Part shown: positions 38,001 through 46,827 of the stretch, one piece after another
Layout: the number at the start of each line of letters is the position of its first letter
Position numbering within the stretch: the first letter of the stretch is position 1
From: an uncultured Verrucomicrobiota bacterium
Lineage (GTDB): Bacteria; Verrucomicrobiota; Verrucomicrobiia; Limisphaerales; SXQI01
NCBI GenBank assembly: GCA_964478815.1
Contig: CAYZKY010000002.1
Coordinates: 1,980-65,979, forward strand
Length of the DNA stretch: 64,000 nucleotides
Direction: 5' to 3'
Translations under genes and position numbers: made by a program
Notes under the pieces: model-generated
Database searches by the model: none
Seen by the model: only the letters and a program-made list of their open reading frames with translations
What the model was told of the DNA's origin: nothing

Positions 38001-38674
38001 AGCCGGTTCCGCAAGGCGGGCGGCACGACCTTGCGGCCGTTCACCAGGCTGAGATCGACCCGCCCGCGGTCGCGAATGTCGTCCGTGCGATTGTTTCCGA
38101 CATACAAATCGAGCGTCGAATTGCCATCGACATCCGCCAGAGTGAGCGCCGACGCGCCGAAATGGCTCAAAGCCCCGGCCGCCACACTATCGTCCTGGAA
38201 GCGGCCCGTGCCGGTATTCGTGAAGCAGAGCACCCCGCGCCCGACGGTGGCCACGAGCAGATCCAGCAGCGCATCGCCATTGATATCCGCAAACACCGCG
38301 CCTCGCCCGCGTTGATTGAGACACTGCACCCCGGCGGCGGCGGCCCGATCTTCGAATTGCCACGCGCCGAGATTCCGATAGAGCGCATTCGGACCTTCCA
38401 GCCGGCACAGGTAGATGTCCACCCGGCCGTCCCCGTCATAATCGCCCAGCGCCACGCCTGCGCCGTTGTAGAGCACGCGATTCGAGGCGCCGCTCCATTC
38501 GCTCAAGGTGTTCGTGAAGAGAATGCGGGTTTGCGCTGGCGGCAGCAGGGTGAAACCGGCCTTTCCTCCCGCCACGGTCAACGGCTCGACGCGCATGAAG
38601 TTCGTCTCCGCGCCGGGAGCCGCGGCGGCGAACATCATTATCCAAAGACAGCAGAAAAAAGCGCGCACGCTCAT
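35012..38674 (-). CDS. CRTAC1-family FG-GAP repeat protein with two ASPIC/UnbV domains
   Basis: The signal peptide reads MSVRAFFCCLWIMMFAAAAPGA. There are many FG-GAP repeats (GDYDGDGRVDIYL, ADINGDALLDLLV, RDLNGDGAPDLYV, and others). Two UnbV_ASPIC-like segments are present (ARLTLRGGPASVQSHEISSGGRYLSGSD and AVVRLRSGQGIGPARATAAGSGFMSQDS). Confidence 0.8.
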   Translation of the reverse strand: MSVRAFFCCLWIMMFAAAAPGAETNFMRVEPLTVAGGKAGFTLLPPAQTRILFTNTLSEWSGASNRVLYNGAGVALGDYDGDGRVDIYLCRLEGPNALYRNLGAWQFEDRAAAAGVQCLNQRGRGAVFADINGDALLDLLVATVGRGVLCFTNTGTGRFQDDSVAAGALSHFGASALTLADVDGNSTLDLYVGNNRTDDIRDRGRVDLSLVNGRKVVPPALRNRLLLTDNGGLLEFGEPDVLYLNQGPGRFVPQPWQRGTFLDERGQPLPGPPLDWALSAAFRDLNGDGAPDLYVCNDYWTPDRIWFNDGKGRFRAASNLEFRSISASSMGVDFADLDQDGRDEIVVLDMLSRDVRLRNRQVLAQKPMEQPPGAVETRLQIMRNTLYHNRGDGTFAELANFAGLAASEWSWSPVFLDVDLDGHLDLLISSGHFKDVQDLDTQGLVRTRQRSLDGFASVAERQKAFTQQLMENLRLYPEGRSPIVAFRNRGDLTFEDVTARWGTAQNGVHHGLAAADLDGDGDLDLVANNLNDAAGIYRNDSDRPRLAIRLRGRAFNTQAIGARLTLRGGPASVQSHEISSGGRYLSGSDPLAVFAASAQPMVLEIRWRSGGLTRVEGLLANRLYTIDESSAPLASPRPVLPVPAPWFEDVSSRLAHRHFETAFDDFARQAHLPRRLSQQGPGVTWGDFNADGDDDLAIGSGKGGRWALLLNEGSGRAFRPATNGILATNLTRDSGGLLAWPMQNRTLLLAGLSNYEDAQARGAAVRLLDLKREKIEDAVPATETSLGALALAEVEPRRLLLFVGGGYLPAQYPRAGSSRLFHWNGSRFEPDPTGADLWRSLGNVAGAIWADLDGDGRPELVVSSEWSPIRVFRLAGGRAEEITEALGFGPHRGLWSGIAAGDFDGDGRLDLVAGNWGWNSPWRATAEEPLLLLYRGEAGVAALDLVETVWQNHRLYPARMMDSLVNSFPFLAQNFAGYRALSEKPLQDVFGARMAEFREVRCTTLAATVFLNRSGNFEPRPLPAAAQMAPVFGVTVADFDGDSREDIFLAQNFSATRPDLPRLDAGRGLLLRGKGTGDFEPVDGALSGLAVYGEQRGSAAADFDGDGRTDLAVGQNGAETKLYQNRTARPGLRVRLAGPPWNAAGLGAVVRLRSGQGIGPARATAAGSGFMSQDSAVVVLASPETPASVAVKWPGGQTTETPVPDGARELVVRHPESMAP

Positions 38675-38715
38675 GTTCCGATGCGTTCAGAGTAAGCTCC
38701 CGCCGCGGCCGGGCC

Positions 38716-38748
38716 AAAGAAAAAGACCGGAGCTTGCGCCCCGGTCTT
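38716..38748 (-). terminator. Rho-independent terminator after the 1451-aa repeat-protein gene
   Basis: The minus strand reads AAGACCGG-GGCGCAAGCT-CCGGTCTT, followed by TTTCTTT. This is an 8-bp stem (38741-38748 pairing with 38723-38730), 68 nt after the stop codon at 38816. Confidence 0.6.
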
Positions 38749-38815
38749 CGCGTTGCATTCGAAACTCCGAATTGCTATGAGACTATTCCATCTAATTGAC
38801 TCAGCCTAAGCTGCG

Positions 38816-41800
38816 TCAGAAGGTCACACAGCCGTTAGGCCCACCCCAACTTTTGCCTCCAGCCGCCCTGCATGCAGATTCCTCGTGGAGGCTGTTTGTT
38901 ATTGTTCCTCCAGTGCATCCTGGCCCGTCATAGCAAGGCCCCATCGGCGTAGACGGTAGTGTTCCGCCGGCAATGACGGAATAGAACCGCATGGCTTGAT
39001 CCGTAGTTACTCGGTAAGGCGTGGTCGCATTTGTGACCTCGAACCACGGACCGTCGACATCATGGGAGGTGATGAGTCTTCCACCTGTATACGTGAGCAC
39101 CAATACATTGCCATCCCGGGCCGCCGAGAGTTCGGGTGTCGCGGATTGTTCGCCATCCGGCAGCGGCGAAGCGACCGCCGCGGCGTTCTGGCCGCCCTGG
39201 CCGCCGGTGTAGATGGCCTGAACTTCCGAGCCGTCGAGCGCGCGCGCCCAGACGGCCACGTCGTCGATCAGGCCGCCCCAGACGGCACCGTTGTCAGCAT
39301 CGACGATCGGCGGGTCGATCGGCACCGTCACCGGCGGATCCTGGGTATCGTCGAGCTGGTTGTCGCGGAGCGTGGCACCCACCGACAGCCATTTGATGGC
39401 GTCGAGGTTGTTCAAGTTGCCGGTGTAGTCGCTCGTGGCGCGGAGCACCCCGTTGACATAAAGGCGGAGGGCCAGGCCATCCGCCGTCAATACCAGGTGG
39501 TGCCAGGTGTTGGCCGGCGAGGGCACATCGAGCACCGTCGAGGGTTCGTTCGGTCCGACGGCGATGACGCCAGCGAGGTTGGCGATCGGATTGCCTTCGG
39601 CATCCGTATTGGGGGCCGCGCGCAGGAAGAAGGCGCCCTTATTGCCGATCACCCGGCTGGGCACCCAATTGTTCACGATGGAACCGCCCGCCGAGGAGCC
39701 GTTCACCCAGGCGGAAACGGTCATGGCCGACCCGGGCTTGGTGTATTGCGGCACGAAGACGAAGGTGCTGGCTCCATCGAAGGAAAGCGCCCCGCCAACG
39801 CGGCCGGCCTTCCATTGCGAACCCGCCGTCGCTTCAAACCCTTTGAGCTGGCCCGCGGTTCCTCCCGCCGCCGAGTTCGCGGCCGAAAGGCCGGAGGTTT
39901 CGTCGAACTTGAGATGCACCACGAGGTCCTCGGCGATGTTCTTCGAGGTCAGCACGTCGGAGAGCACCGCCACGCTCTCGACCGATCCGGCCGAGTTGCT
40001 CGCGCGGAGCTGATAACGGCCGATGTCGCCGGCGCTGGCCTGGCCAATCACGAGCGTCGCGGAGGTCGCGCCGGCGATCGGCACGCCATCCTTGAGCCAT
40101 TGCAACTGCGCATTGGCGGGAACGACCGTGGCGCTCAGTTCGAGCTTGCCGCCCACGAAGGCATTGCGTGCCACCGGGCCGGTGACGACCGGCAGTTCGT
40201 CATAGGTCTTGTTCAAGACCAATTGGAGACCATTGAGGGCCGGCCCGCGGCGCGGTTCAGCTCCCGCCGGCTGGAACCAATCCGGCGAACGCCAGGTCAG
40301 TTCGACAATGCCGTCCGTGCCCACGACGATGCGATTGAACCGCACCACGTTGCCGACGCCCCGCGCGTCGGCGGTCTTGCCGGCGCCGAGCTTCCAGCCC
40401 GGGTCGGCATTGTACTCATCCGCGTTCAGCGGACGCATATACTGGCTTTGCGTGATCGTGTTGCCGCCGGCATCCGTCGAGGTCACGGTGTAATCCACCT
40501 GGAAGAATTCCAGGGGCACCTGCACCGAGTAGGCGATGAGCGAGTGCTCGCCGGCCGGGACTCCGTAGAAGGTCACCCGTCCGAAGTTATCCACGCTGGG
40601 CGCGCCGGTGTTTACCGCAGTGCCGTTGAGCATGCGGCGGTTCGCGTCGTCCGTGCCGGTGCCGACACCCCATTGACCGGACGCGGCGAAATCCACCGAA
40701 ATCGCCGCATGGGGCGTGCCTTTGCTGGTATTGAGGACTCCCGGATCGACGGTGGCCGTTTGCGTTTCCAGGTTGTTCCAATGCGCGGCCAGTTCCAGAC
40801 CGGCGACGTCATCGTCGTTCATGGCCGTCGGCGCGCCGTTCGCCCCGCCGCCGTTCCAGTTCAGGCTGATGATATCGAGCGTCGGCGTGTGAATAACCGC
40901 CTTCACCGGATCGCTGACCGAGCAGCCGACAATCTCGACGGTATACTCGTCGTTCGCGTTCGCGGCCGTGATCGCTGGAGTCGTGTAGGTCAGCGCAGTC
41001 GCTCCCGAGATGGGCTGGCCGTTCCGGCGCCATTGGAGCTGCCACGGGCCATTGACCTTCGTATAGAACGTCGCCGTCGAGCCACTGAGCACGTAGGTAT
41101 CGGCCGGAGGCGTGACAAAGCCGGGCGGCGGATTGGCGTTACAGTCGTTGCCCGTCACCGCCAGCAATTCGACTTCGGCCACCTGCATGCAGCAGCCGTT
41201 CGGCGTCGTGGTCGTTTGATGAACGATCCAGCGGTAGTGCTTGTACGTCTTGGTGTTGGCAAAGTAGAACTCCTTGCGTTCGAACCGCGCGGCAAACGGA
41301 GGAATATTCTCGATCCGGACGATCTGTTCCCACGTTCCGGAATTGAACGCCGTGAGGGCATCGTCGTTCGAGCCTTCGAGCGTCACGATCGTCGGATCGC
41401 GCTCGGGGCCATCATTGGCCGACTGAATGGTCATGCCGGTGACGACGGCCGGAGGCACTCGCGGAGAAACCGCGAAGCCGGAGGGAGAGAACCCGCTCAC
41501 CGCGCCGTCGCGGCCGCTGTCGAAGTTCAGATACTTCGTCGGCTGGTCGTCGATGATATTGGCCACGCCCTCGGACCCCGGGCTGTTGGAGGAGGACGGA
41601 ATGATCGGATCGCCCGGCTGGGTGATATCGCGCGGAGCGGCCGTGCCGTGCAATTCGACTTCGGCGATCTGCATGCAGCAGCCGTTCGGAGTGGTCGCCG
41701 CTTCGGTCAGCGTCCAGCGATAATGTTTGAAGGGCTTGTAGTTATCGAAGAGGAACGTCTGCTTCTGGAACCGGGCCGCGAACGCCGGAATGTCCGTCAA

Positions 41801-43171
41801 GGTGGCGATCGGTTCCCAGTTGCCGGCGTTGAAGGCGGTGACGGTGTCGTCGTTCGAGCCTTCCAGCGTGATCGCTTTCGGATCGCGTTCGATCGCGTCG
41901 TTGGCCGATTGCATGGTAATCGCGCTCACGACCGTTCTGCCAACGGCAGGGGTGACCACAAAGCCGGACGGCGAGAAGCCGCTCACGGCGCCATCGCGGC
42001 CGCTGTCGAAGTTCAGATACTTCGTCGGCTGGTTATCGATGACGTTCGCCACGCCTTCGGAGCCGGGGCTGTTCGAGGACGAAGGAATGATGGCATCGCC
42101 AGGCTGGGTCACGTCGGAAGGCAGCACCGTGCCCAATAGCTCGACCTCCGCGATCTGCATGCAGCAGCCGTTCGGAGTGGTGGCCGCTTCGGTCAATGTC
42201 CAGCGGTAATGGCGGTAATACTTCGCGTTGGCGAAGGTGAAGGTCTGGTTCTGGAAACGGCCCGCGAACACCGGAATATCCGCGATGTCGACGATTTGCT
42301 CCCAGGTGCCGGACGCGAAATCCGTAATCGCGCCATCGTTCGATCCTTCGAGCTTGATCCGTTTGGGATCGCGCTCCGGGCCGTCGTTGGCGGATTTCAT
42401 CGAAACGCCCGTCACCTTGGTCAGTCCGACCTGCGGCGTGACGATGAAGCCGGACGGCGAGAAGCCGCTCACGGCGCCATCGCGGCCGCTGTCGAAGTTC
42501 AAATATTTGGTCGGCTGGTTGTCGATCACATTCGCCACGCCTTCCGAGCCGGGGCTGTTCGAGGAGGAGGGAATGATCGCATCCGTGGGCTGGGTAATGT
42601 CGCCCGGCACCACCGTGCCGAGCAGCTCCACTTCCGCGATCTGCATGCAGCAGCCGTTCGGGGTGGTGGCCGCTTCGGTCAACGTCCAGCGGTAATGGCG
42701 GTAAGCCCGCGTATTGGCGAACGAGAAGCTTTTCTTCTCGAACCGCGCCTCGAACGCCGGGATGTCGGTAATGGTCGCGATGGTCTGCCAGTTGCCCGCC
42801 GAAAACGATGTGACGGCGTCGTCATCGGAGCCTTCGACGGTCACCGCTTTCGGATCGCGTTCGGGGCCGTCGTTGGCCGAAGTCATCGTCAGGCCCGTAA
42901 TCACCGTGCGTCCCACCGATGGGCTGACGACGAAGCCGGACGGCGAGAAGCCGTTCACGGCGCCGTCGCGGCCGCTATCGAAGTTGAGATACTTGGTGGG
43001 CTGGTTGTCGATGACGTTCGCCACTCCTTCCGAGCCGGGGCTGTTGGATGACGATGGAATGATCGGATCTCCCGGTTGCGTCACGTCGACCTGCCCCAGG
43101 GCTTTCGGAGAAAGCCCCAAGGCGGCGAACAACGCCAGGGAGAACACGGTCGTACGTTTTACGATACTCAT
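38816..43171 (-). CDS. Giant secreted multidomain protein: 4 tandem discoidin/galactose-binding-like modules, Ig-like domains and a LamG (concanavalin-like) domain
   Basis: A signal peptide follows the internal ATG (MSIVKRTTVFSLALFAALGLSPKALG). Four 162-aa modules each read QPGD.IIPSSSNSPGSEGVANVIDNQPTKYLNFDSGRDGAV.GFSPSGF...SANDGPERDPK...YRHYRWTLTEAATTPNGCCMQIAEVELLGT. Ig-like segments are present (QLQWRRNGQPISGAT, LQWLKDGVPIAGAT). The LamG signature reads LVVHLKFDETSG...GGALSFDG...MTVSAWV...HHLVLTADGLALRLYVNG...IDDVAVWARAL. Confidence 0.75.
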   Translation of the reverse strand: MSIVKRTTVFSLALFAALGLSPKALGQVDVTQPGDPIIPSSSNSPGSEGVANVIDNQPTKYLNFDSGRDGAVNGFSPSGFVVSPSVGRTVITGLTMTSANDGPERDPKAVTVEGSDDDAVTSFSAGNWQTIATITDIPAFEARFEKKSFSFANTRAYRHYRWTLTEAATTPNGCCMQIAEVELLGTVVPGDITQPTDAIIPSSSNSPGSEGVANVIDNQPTKYLNFDSGRDGAVSGFSPSGFIVTPQVGLTKVTGVSMKSANDGPERDPKRIKLEGSNDGAITDFASGTWEQIVDIADIPVFAGRFQNQTFTFANAKYYRHYRWTLTEAATTPNGCCMQIAEVELLGTVLPSDVTQPGDAIIPSSSNSPGSEGVANVIDNQPTKYLNFDSGRDGAVSGFSPSGFVVTPAVGRTVVSAITMQSANDAIERDPKAITLEGSNDDTVTAFNAGNWEPIATLTDIPAFAARFQKQTFLFDNYKPFKHYRWTLTEAATTPNGCCMQIAEVELHGTAAPRDITQPGDPIIPSSSNSPGSEGVANIIDDQPTKYLNFDSGRDGAVSGFSPSGFAVSPRVPPAVVTGMTIQSANDGPERDPTIVTLEGSNDDALTAFNSGTWEQIVRIENIPPFAARFERKEFYFANTKTYKHYRWIVHQTTTTPNGCCMQVAEVELLAVTGNDCNANPPPGFVTPPADTYVLSGSTATFYTKVNGPWQLQWRRNGQPISGATALTYTTPAITAANANDEYTVEIVGCSVSDPVKAVIHTPTLDIISLNWNGGGANGAPTAMNDDDVAGLELAAHWNNLETQTATVDPGVLNTSKGTPHAAISVDFAASGQWGVGTGTDDANRRMLNGTAVNTGAPSVDNFGRVTFYGVPAGEHSLIAYSVQVPLEFFQVDYTVTSTDAGGNTITQSQYMRPLNADEYNADPGWKLGAGKTADARGVGNVVRFNRIVVGTDGIVELTWRSPDWFQPAGAEPRRGPALNGLQLVLNKTYDELPVVTGPVARNAFVGGKLELSATVVPANAQLQWLKDGVPIAGATSATLVIGQASAGDIGRYQLRASNSAGSVESVAVLSDVLTSKNIAEDLVVHLKFDETSGLSAANSAAGGTAGQLKGFEATAGSQWKAGRVGGALSFDGASTFVFVPQYTKPGSAMTVSAWVNGSSAGGSIVNNWVPSRVIGNKGAFFLRAAPNTDAEGNPIANLAGVIAVGPNEPSTVLDVPSPANTWHHLVLTADGLALRLYVNGVLRATSDYTGNLNNLDAIKWLSVGATLRDNQLDDTQDPPVTVPIDPPIVDADNGAVWGGLIDDVAVWARALDGSEVQAIYTGGQGGQNAAAVASPLPDGEQSATPELSAARDGNVLVLTYTGGRLITSHDVDGPWFEVTNATTPYRVTTDQAMRFYSVIAGGTLPSTPMGPCYDGPGCTGGTITNSLHEESACRAAGGKSWGGPNGCVTF
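41150..43090 (-). repeat. Four intragenic tandem repeats with an exact 486-bp period
   Basis: The marker CTGCATGCAGCAGCCGTTCGG (plus strand) starts at 41183, 41669, 42155 and 42641. All three spacings are exactly 486 bp. Confidence 0.85.
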
Positions 43172-43405
43172 GTGTTCAATAATGTTCGGTTGTTTTTTCC
43201 GCAGGGTTCGAGATTGAGCATGAGGAGAGCGCTTTGGCTCTGTCAAACTCTATTCGCGCCCAGCCGATCTGTTCCTTTGAAGGCACACCCTGGGAAGGCG
43301 CCATTGCAGTTCACGTTTTCTTCGGTCCGGCCGGCATCCCGGAGGCGGCCTGCTTTTTTGAGGGAATGAGGAGATCCCCCGGCATTCTTGATCTTCTCTA
43401 ATAGC

Positions 43406-43434
43406 TTGACTGTTCGTTGGTTTCGGCCTTACAA
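43406..43434 (+). promoter_or_regulatory. Possible sigma-70-type promoter of the HU/IHF gene
   Basis: TTGACT (43406-43411), a 17-nt spacer, then TTACAA (43429-43434), about 50 nt upstream of the ATG at 43484. The -10 element is weak. Confidence 0.3.
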
Positions 43435-43483
43435 CCTCTGCTACCGGAGCGCGTAGGTCAGTTGCGGGAACACTACAGATTCT

Positions 43484-43858
43484 ATGACAAAGCGTGACTT
43501 GGTGGTGAAGATCAGCGAGGAAACCGGCATGATTCAACACGATGTGTTGAACGTCGTGCAGCGGACGCTCGAGCACATTTCCGATGCCGTCACCACCGGC
43601 GAGAAGGTCGAGCTCCGCAACTTCGGCGTCTTCGAGGTCCGCATCCGCAAAGCCCGGGTGGGCCGCAACCCCAACGCTCCCTCCGCCGACGTCACCATCC
43701 CGCCCCGCGCCGTCGTCAAATTCAAACCGGGCAAGGACATGCGCCAGGCCGTCCTCAAGCTCACCGATCAGCAATTGGCCGCGGCAGCCGCCCGCGCGGC
43801 GGTCTATCCGGAAGAATCGTCCGAGTCCGAATCGGACCACGAGCCCGATAAACAATAG
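43484..43858 (+). CDS. HU/IHF-family DNA-binding protein with an acidic C-terminal tail
   Basis: MTKRDLVVKISEETGMIQHDVLNVVQRTLEHISDAVTTGEKVELRNFGVFEVRIRKARVGRNPNAP...VVKFKPGKDM shows the canonical HU/IHF fold signature. Confidence 0.85.
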   Translation: MTKRDLVVKISEETGMIQHDVLNVVQRTLEHISDAVTTGEKVELRNFGVFEVRIRKARVGRNPNAPSADVTIPPRAVVKFKPGKDMRQAVLKLTDQQLAAAAARAAVYPEESSESESDHEPDKQ

Positions 43859-43919
43859 GTTCCCGGCATTTTCAGACTTCCCAGCGGTGCTTGGACCAAG
43901 CACCCTCCCCGGCCTAGGA

Positions 43920-45188
43920 ATGGAACGACTACCCGGTTTCCGCGATTTTTACCCCGAGCCGCTGCCCTCGAAGGACGCGTGGAGCATCGATCTCCGCCGC
44001 CACATCTTCGACCATTGGCGCGAGACCGCCCGCCGCTACGCCTTCCGGGAGTACGATGGCCCCCCGCTCGAACCCCTCGCGCTCTACACCGCCAAGAGCG
44101 GCGCCGAGATCGTCAAGCAGCTCTACAACTTCCAGGACAAGGGCGGCGAAGAGATTTCGCTGCGGCCGGAAATGACGCCCACGCTCGCCCGCATGGTCGC
44201 CGCGGCCGAGCGCCACTACAAGAAACCGATCAAGTGGTTCTCCACCCCCCAGCTTTTCCGGTACGAACGCCAGCAGCGCGGCCGCCTGCGCGAGCATTTC
44301 CAGCTCAATGCCGACATCTTCGGCGAGAAGGACCCGGCGGCGGATGCCGAATTGATCGCCTTGCTCATCGATACGCTGCGCGCCTTCGGCCTCACGCACG
44401 AGCATTTCGCCGTCCGGCTCAGCAGCCGCGAAGCCTGGCAATCTTTCTACCGCGAACGCAATGGCGACCCCGCCCGCGAGTACGAGTTTTATCAGACCAT
44501 CGACAAGCTCGAGCGCGACACGCCGGACGCTTCGTCCGAAAAACTGCGTTCTCTCGGCCTATCCCTCGACGCCGTCCAGGGCTTTATCGCTCAAGCCCAG
44601 CCCACCGCTCAACTGGAGAGCATTCTCGCCAATTTGCGCCAGCGGAACCTGCACGAGTTTGTCCGCATCGATTACGGCATCATCCGCGGCCTGGCCTATT
44701 ACACGGGGCCGGTCTTCGAAGCCTTCGCCAAGGCGGGCGACCTGCGCGCCATCGCCGGCGGCGGGCGTTACGACCACCTCGTCAAACTGATTTCGCAAGG
44801 CAAGGTCGATCTCCCGGCGCTCGGCTTCGGCATGGGGGATGTCGTGCTCAAGGAATTGCTGCACGAGACGGGCCTCGTTCCCGCCGCCGCGAGCCGCGTC
44901 GATGCCTTCTGTCTGATCGAAGACGAAGCCCAGCGCCCCGCCGCGCTCGGCCTGGTGCAAACGCTGCGCGACTGGGGCTTCGCCGTCGAGTACGCCCTCA
45001 CCGCCACCAAACCCGACAAGCAATTCAAGCGCGCCCAGGAACTCGGCGCCGCGTTCACCCTGCGTTGTCCGGGCGAACCCGCTGGTTCCGTCGCGTGGAA
45101 ATCGCTGCGCACCGCCGAGCAGGGCACTTGTGCGGCGGAGGAACTGCGCGCCCGCCTCGCTGCCAGCCGGCCAACCGCCGGGCTGTGA
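43920..45188 (+). CDS. hisS: Histidine--tRNA ligase
   Basis: Motifs present are LPGFRDFYP, RPEMTPTLARMV, FRYERQQRGRLREHFQ, RGLAYYTGPVFEAF and GGGRYD. An anticodon-binding domain follows. The start was set at the ATG at 43920; the listed ORF begins upstream and overlaps the HU/IHF gene out of frame. Confidence 0.9.
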   Translation: MERLPGFRDFYPEPLPSKDAWSIDLRRHIFDHWRETARRYAFREYDGPPLEPLALYTAKSGAEIVKQLYNFQDKGGEEISLRPEMTPTLARMVAAAERHYKKPIKWFSTPQLFRYERQQRGRLREHFQLNADIFGEKDPAADAELIALLIDTLRAFGLTHEHFAVRLSSREAWQSFYRERNGDPAREYEFYQTIDKLERDTPDASSEKLRSLGLSLDAVQGFIAQAQPTAQLESILANLRQRNLHEFVRIDYGIIRGLAYYTGPVFEAFAKAGDLRAIAGGGRYDHLVKLISQGKVDLPALGFGMGDVVLKELLHETGLVPAAASRVDAFCLIEDEAQRPAALGLVQTLRDWGFAVEYALTATKPDKQFKRAQELGAAFTLRCPGEPAGSVAWKSLRTAEQGTCAAEELRARLAASRPTAGL

Positions 45189-45191
45189 ACC

Positions 45192-46754
45192 ATGGAACCG
45201 ACCCGCGCCGCTCACTCGCACTCGGGCTCATCGAGCCGGTCCTCCGCTCGCGAGGACCGCACCCGCACCCCTGCGGCCTATCGCGTGCTGGACGAAGGCT
45301 CCGGCATCCTCGTGCTGGTCATGGCCGTTGCCGCCCCGTGGCTGTTCGGGACGACCGAGGCCTGGTCCGTCTGGGCCATGAATATCGCGTCCTACCTCTT
45401 GGGCGCGGCCTTGATCGCGAAGCATGTGCTCCGCCGCGTCCTCGATTTTTCCCCGCCGCGCGTCACGGTCGATACCGCCGCGCATCGCGTCCTGCGCTGG
45501 AGTTTCCTCGCCGCGAACATTCTGGTGCTGGCCTACTGCCTCACTGCGGCCCTGAATGCCCGCGCGACGTTCCTCCCCCAGGACCAAACCTTTGACTACC
45601 GCGAATCGATCGCCTGGCTTCCCTCCTCCTACGATGCCCGGCTCACCTGGTTCGCCTTTTGGCAATATCTCGGCCTTTTCTGCTTCTTCTGGAGCGTGCG
45701 CGACTGGCTGATCGGCCGGCCGAAATCCGCCCAACGCAAAAAGCGACGTTCCCAGGATGCGGAAGAACTCCTGGAAGAGAAACTCTCCTCGACGACGTTC
45801 GACCTGCCGAAGCGCCTCAAGCTGCTCCTGTGGGTGCTCTGCCTCAACGGCATGGCCCTGGCGCTTCAGGGCATCCTCCAGCGCCTCGATGGCAGCGGCA
45901 AGCTCCTCTGGATTCGCCCCTCCTGGTGGGGCACTCCGGAAAGTTGCTTCGGCCCCTACTCGTATCGCAGTAACGCCGCCTCCTACATCAATTTGATCTG
46001 GCCGGTGGCCTTCGGTTTCTGGTGGATTCTCCATCAGGCCCATCGCGCGTCCGCCGGGCTGCTCGCCAAGTTCGGCCAGGGCGCGCAGACCGTCCTGCTG
46101 CCCGCCACCGTCGTCATGGCCGCCGCGCCGTTCATCTCCGCCAGCCGCGGCGGCGCGATCATCGCGGTGTTTTGCTTCGTGCTCATCATGGGCACGCTGC
46201 TCTTTCACCGCGGGACCGGCCGCGCCACCCGCCTCAGCCTCGGCCTTCTTGCCGCCGTCATCGCCATCGCCGCCCTGCTGCTCGGCTGGGAACAGCTCGC
46301 GCCGCGCCTCCGCCATCTCGAAACCGATAAATGGAGCAATCGCGGCGAAATTTACGAAAACTCCGAGCGCATCGCCGCCGATTTTCTCGCCTTCGGCGCC
46401 GGACCGGGCGCGTTCCGCTCCGTTTACCATCTCTATCGCACCAATCCTCGGCAGGACTGGTTCGCCTTCGTCCACGACGATTGGCTGGAAACGCAGGTCA
46501 CCTTCGGGGCCGTCGGCACCGCGTTTGTCCTGCTGAACCTCGTCCTCCTGGCGGCTTACTGGATCGGGGCCGGTCGCACCTCCGCTCCACCCGTCCTCCC
46601 CGCCGCGCTCTGGATCGCGCTCGGCGGCTGCCTCCTGCACGCCCGTTTCGATTTCCCGTTCCAGATCTATTCCATCTTGATGCTCTTCGTCCTGCTCTGC
46701 GCCATCCTCTTCAGTTTCTCCCGCAAGCCCACTCCCGAGAGCCGCGCCGCCTGA
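45192..46754 (+). CDS. O-antigen ligase/polymerase-like (Wzy_C-type) polytopic membrane protein
   Basis: It has about 11 helices. A large loop with SASRGGAIIAVFCF and FVHDDWLETQVTFG resembles Wzy_C family proteins. Confidence 0.55.
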   Translation: MEPTRAAHSHSGSSSRSSAREDRTRTPAAYRVLDEGSGILVLVMAVAAPWLFGTTEAWSVWAMNIASYLLGAALIAKHVLRRVLDFSPPRVTVDTAAHRVLRWSFLAANILVLAYCLTAALNARATFLPQDQTFDYRESIAWLPSSYDARLTWFAFWQYLGLFCFFWSVRDWLIGRPKSAQRKKRRSQDAEELLEEKLSSTTFDLPKRLKLLLWVLCLNGMALALQGILQRLDGSGKLLWIRPSWWGTPESCFGPYSYRSNAASYINLIWPVAFGFWWILHQAHRASAGLLAKFGQGAQTVLLPATVVMAAAPFISASRGGAIIAVFCFVLIMGTLLFHRGTGRATRLSLGLLAAVIAIAALLLGWEQLAPRLRHLETDKWSNRGEIYENSERIAADFLAFGAGPGAFRSVYHLYRTNPRQDWFAFVHDDWLETQVTFGAVGTAFVLLNLVLLAAYWIGAGRTSAPPVLPAALWIALGGCLLHARFDFPFQIYSILMLFVLLCAILFSFSRKPTPESRAA

Positions 46755-46827
46755 TCCGGCATCCCAACGGCCACGGAGTTCGGAACCCTGGCCACGTCCC
46801 AGGCCAATGCGCTGTCCCGTCGTCGCC

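Noticed and set aside
38996-43051. Plus-strand ORFs of 1047 aa and 280 aa
   Set aside because: They are antisense to the giant repeat-protein gene. Their apparent internal repeats only mirror the 486-bp repeats of the real gene.
43584-43919. A 112-codon upstream extension of the hisS ORF
   Set aside because: It overlaps the HU/IHF gene in another frame. The canonical HisRS N-terminus (MERLPGFRDF) starts at 43920.
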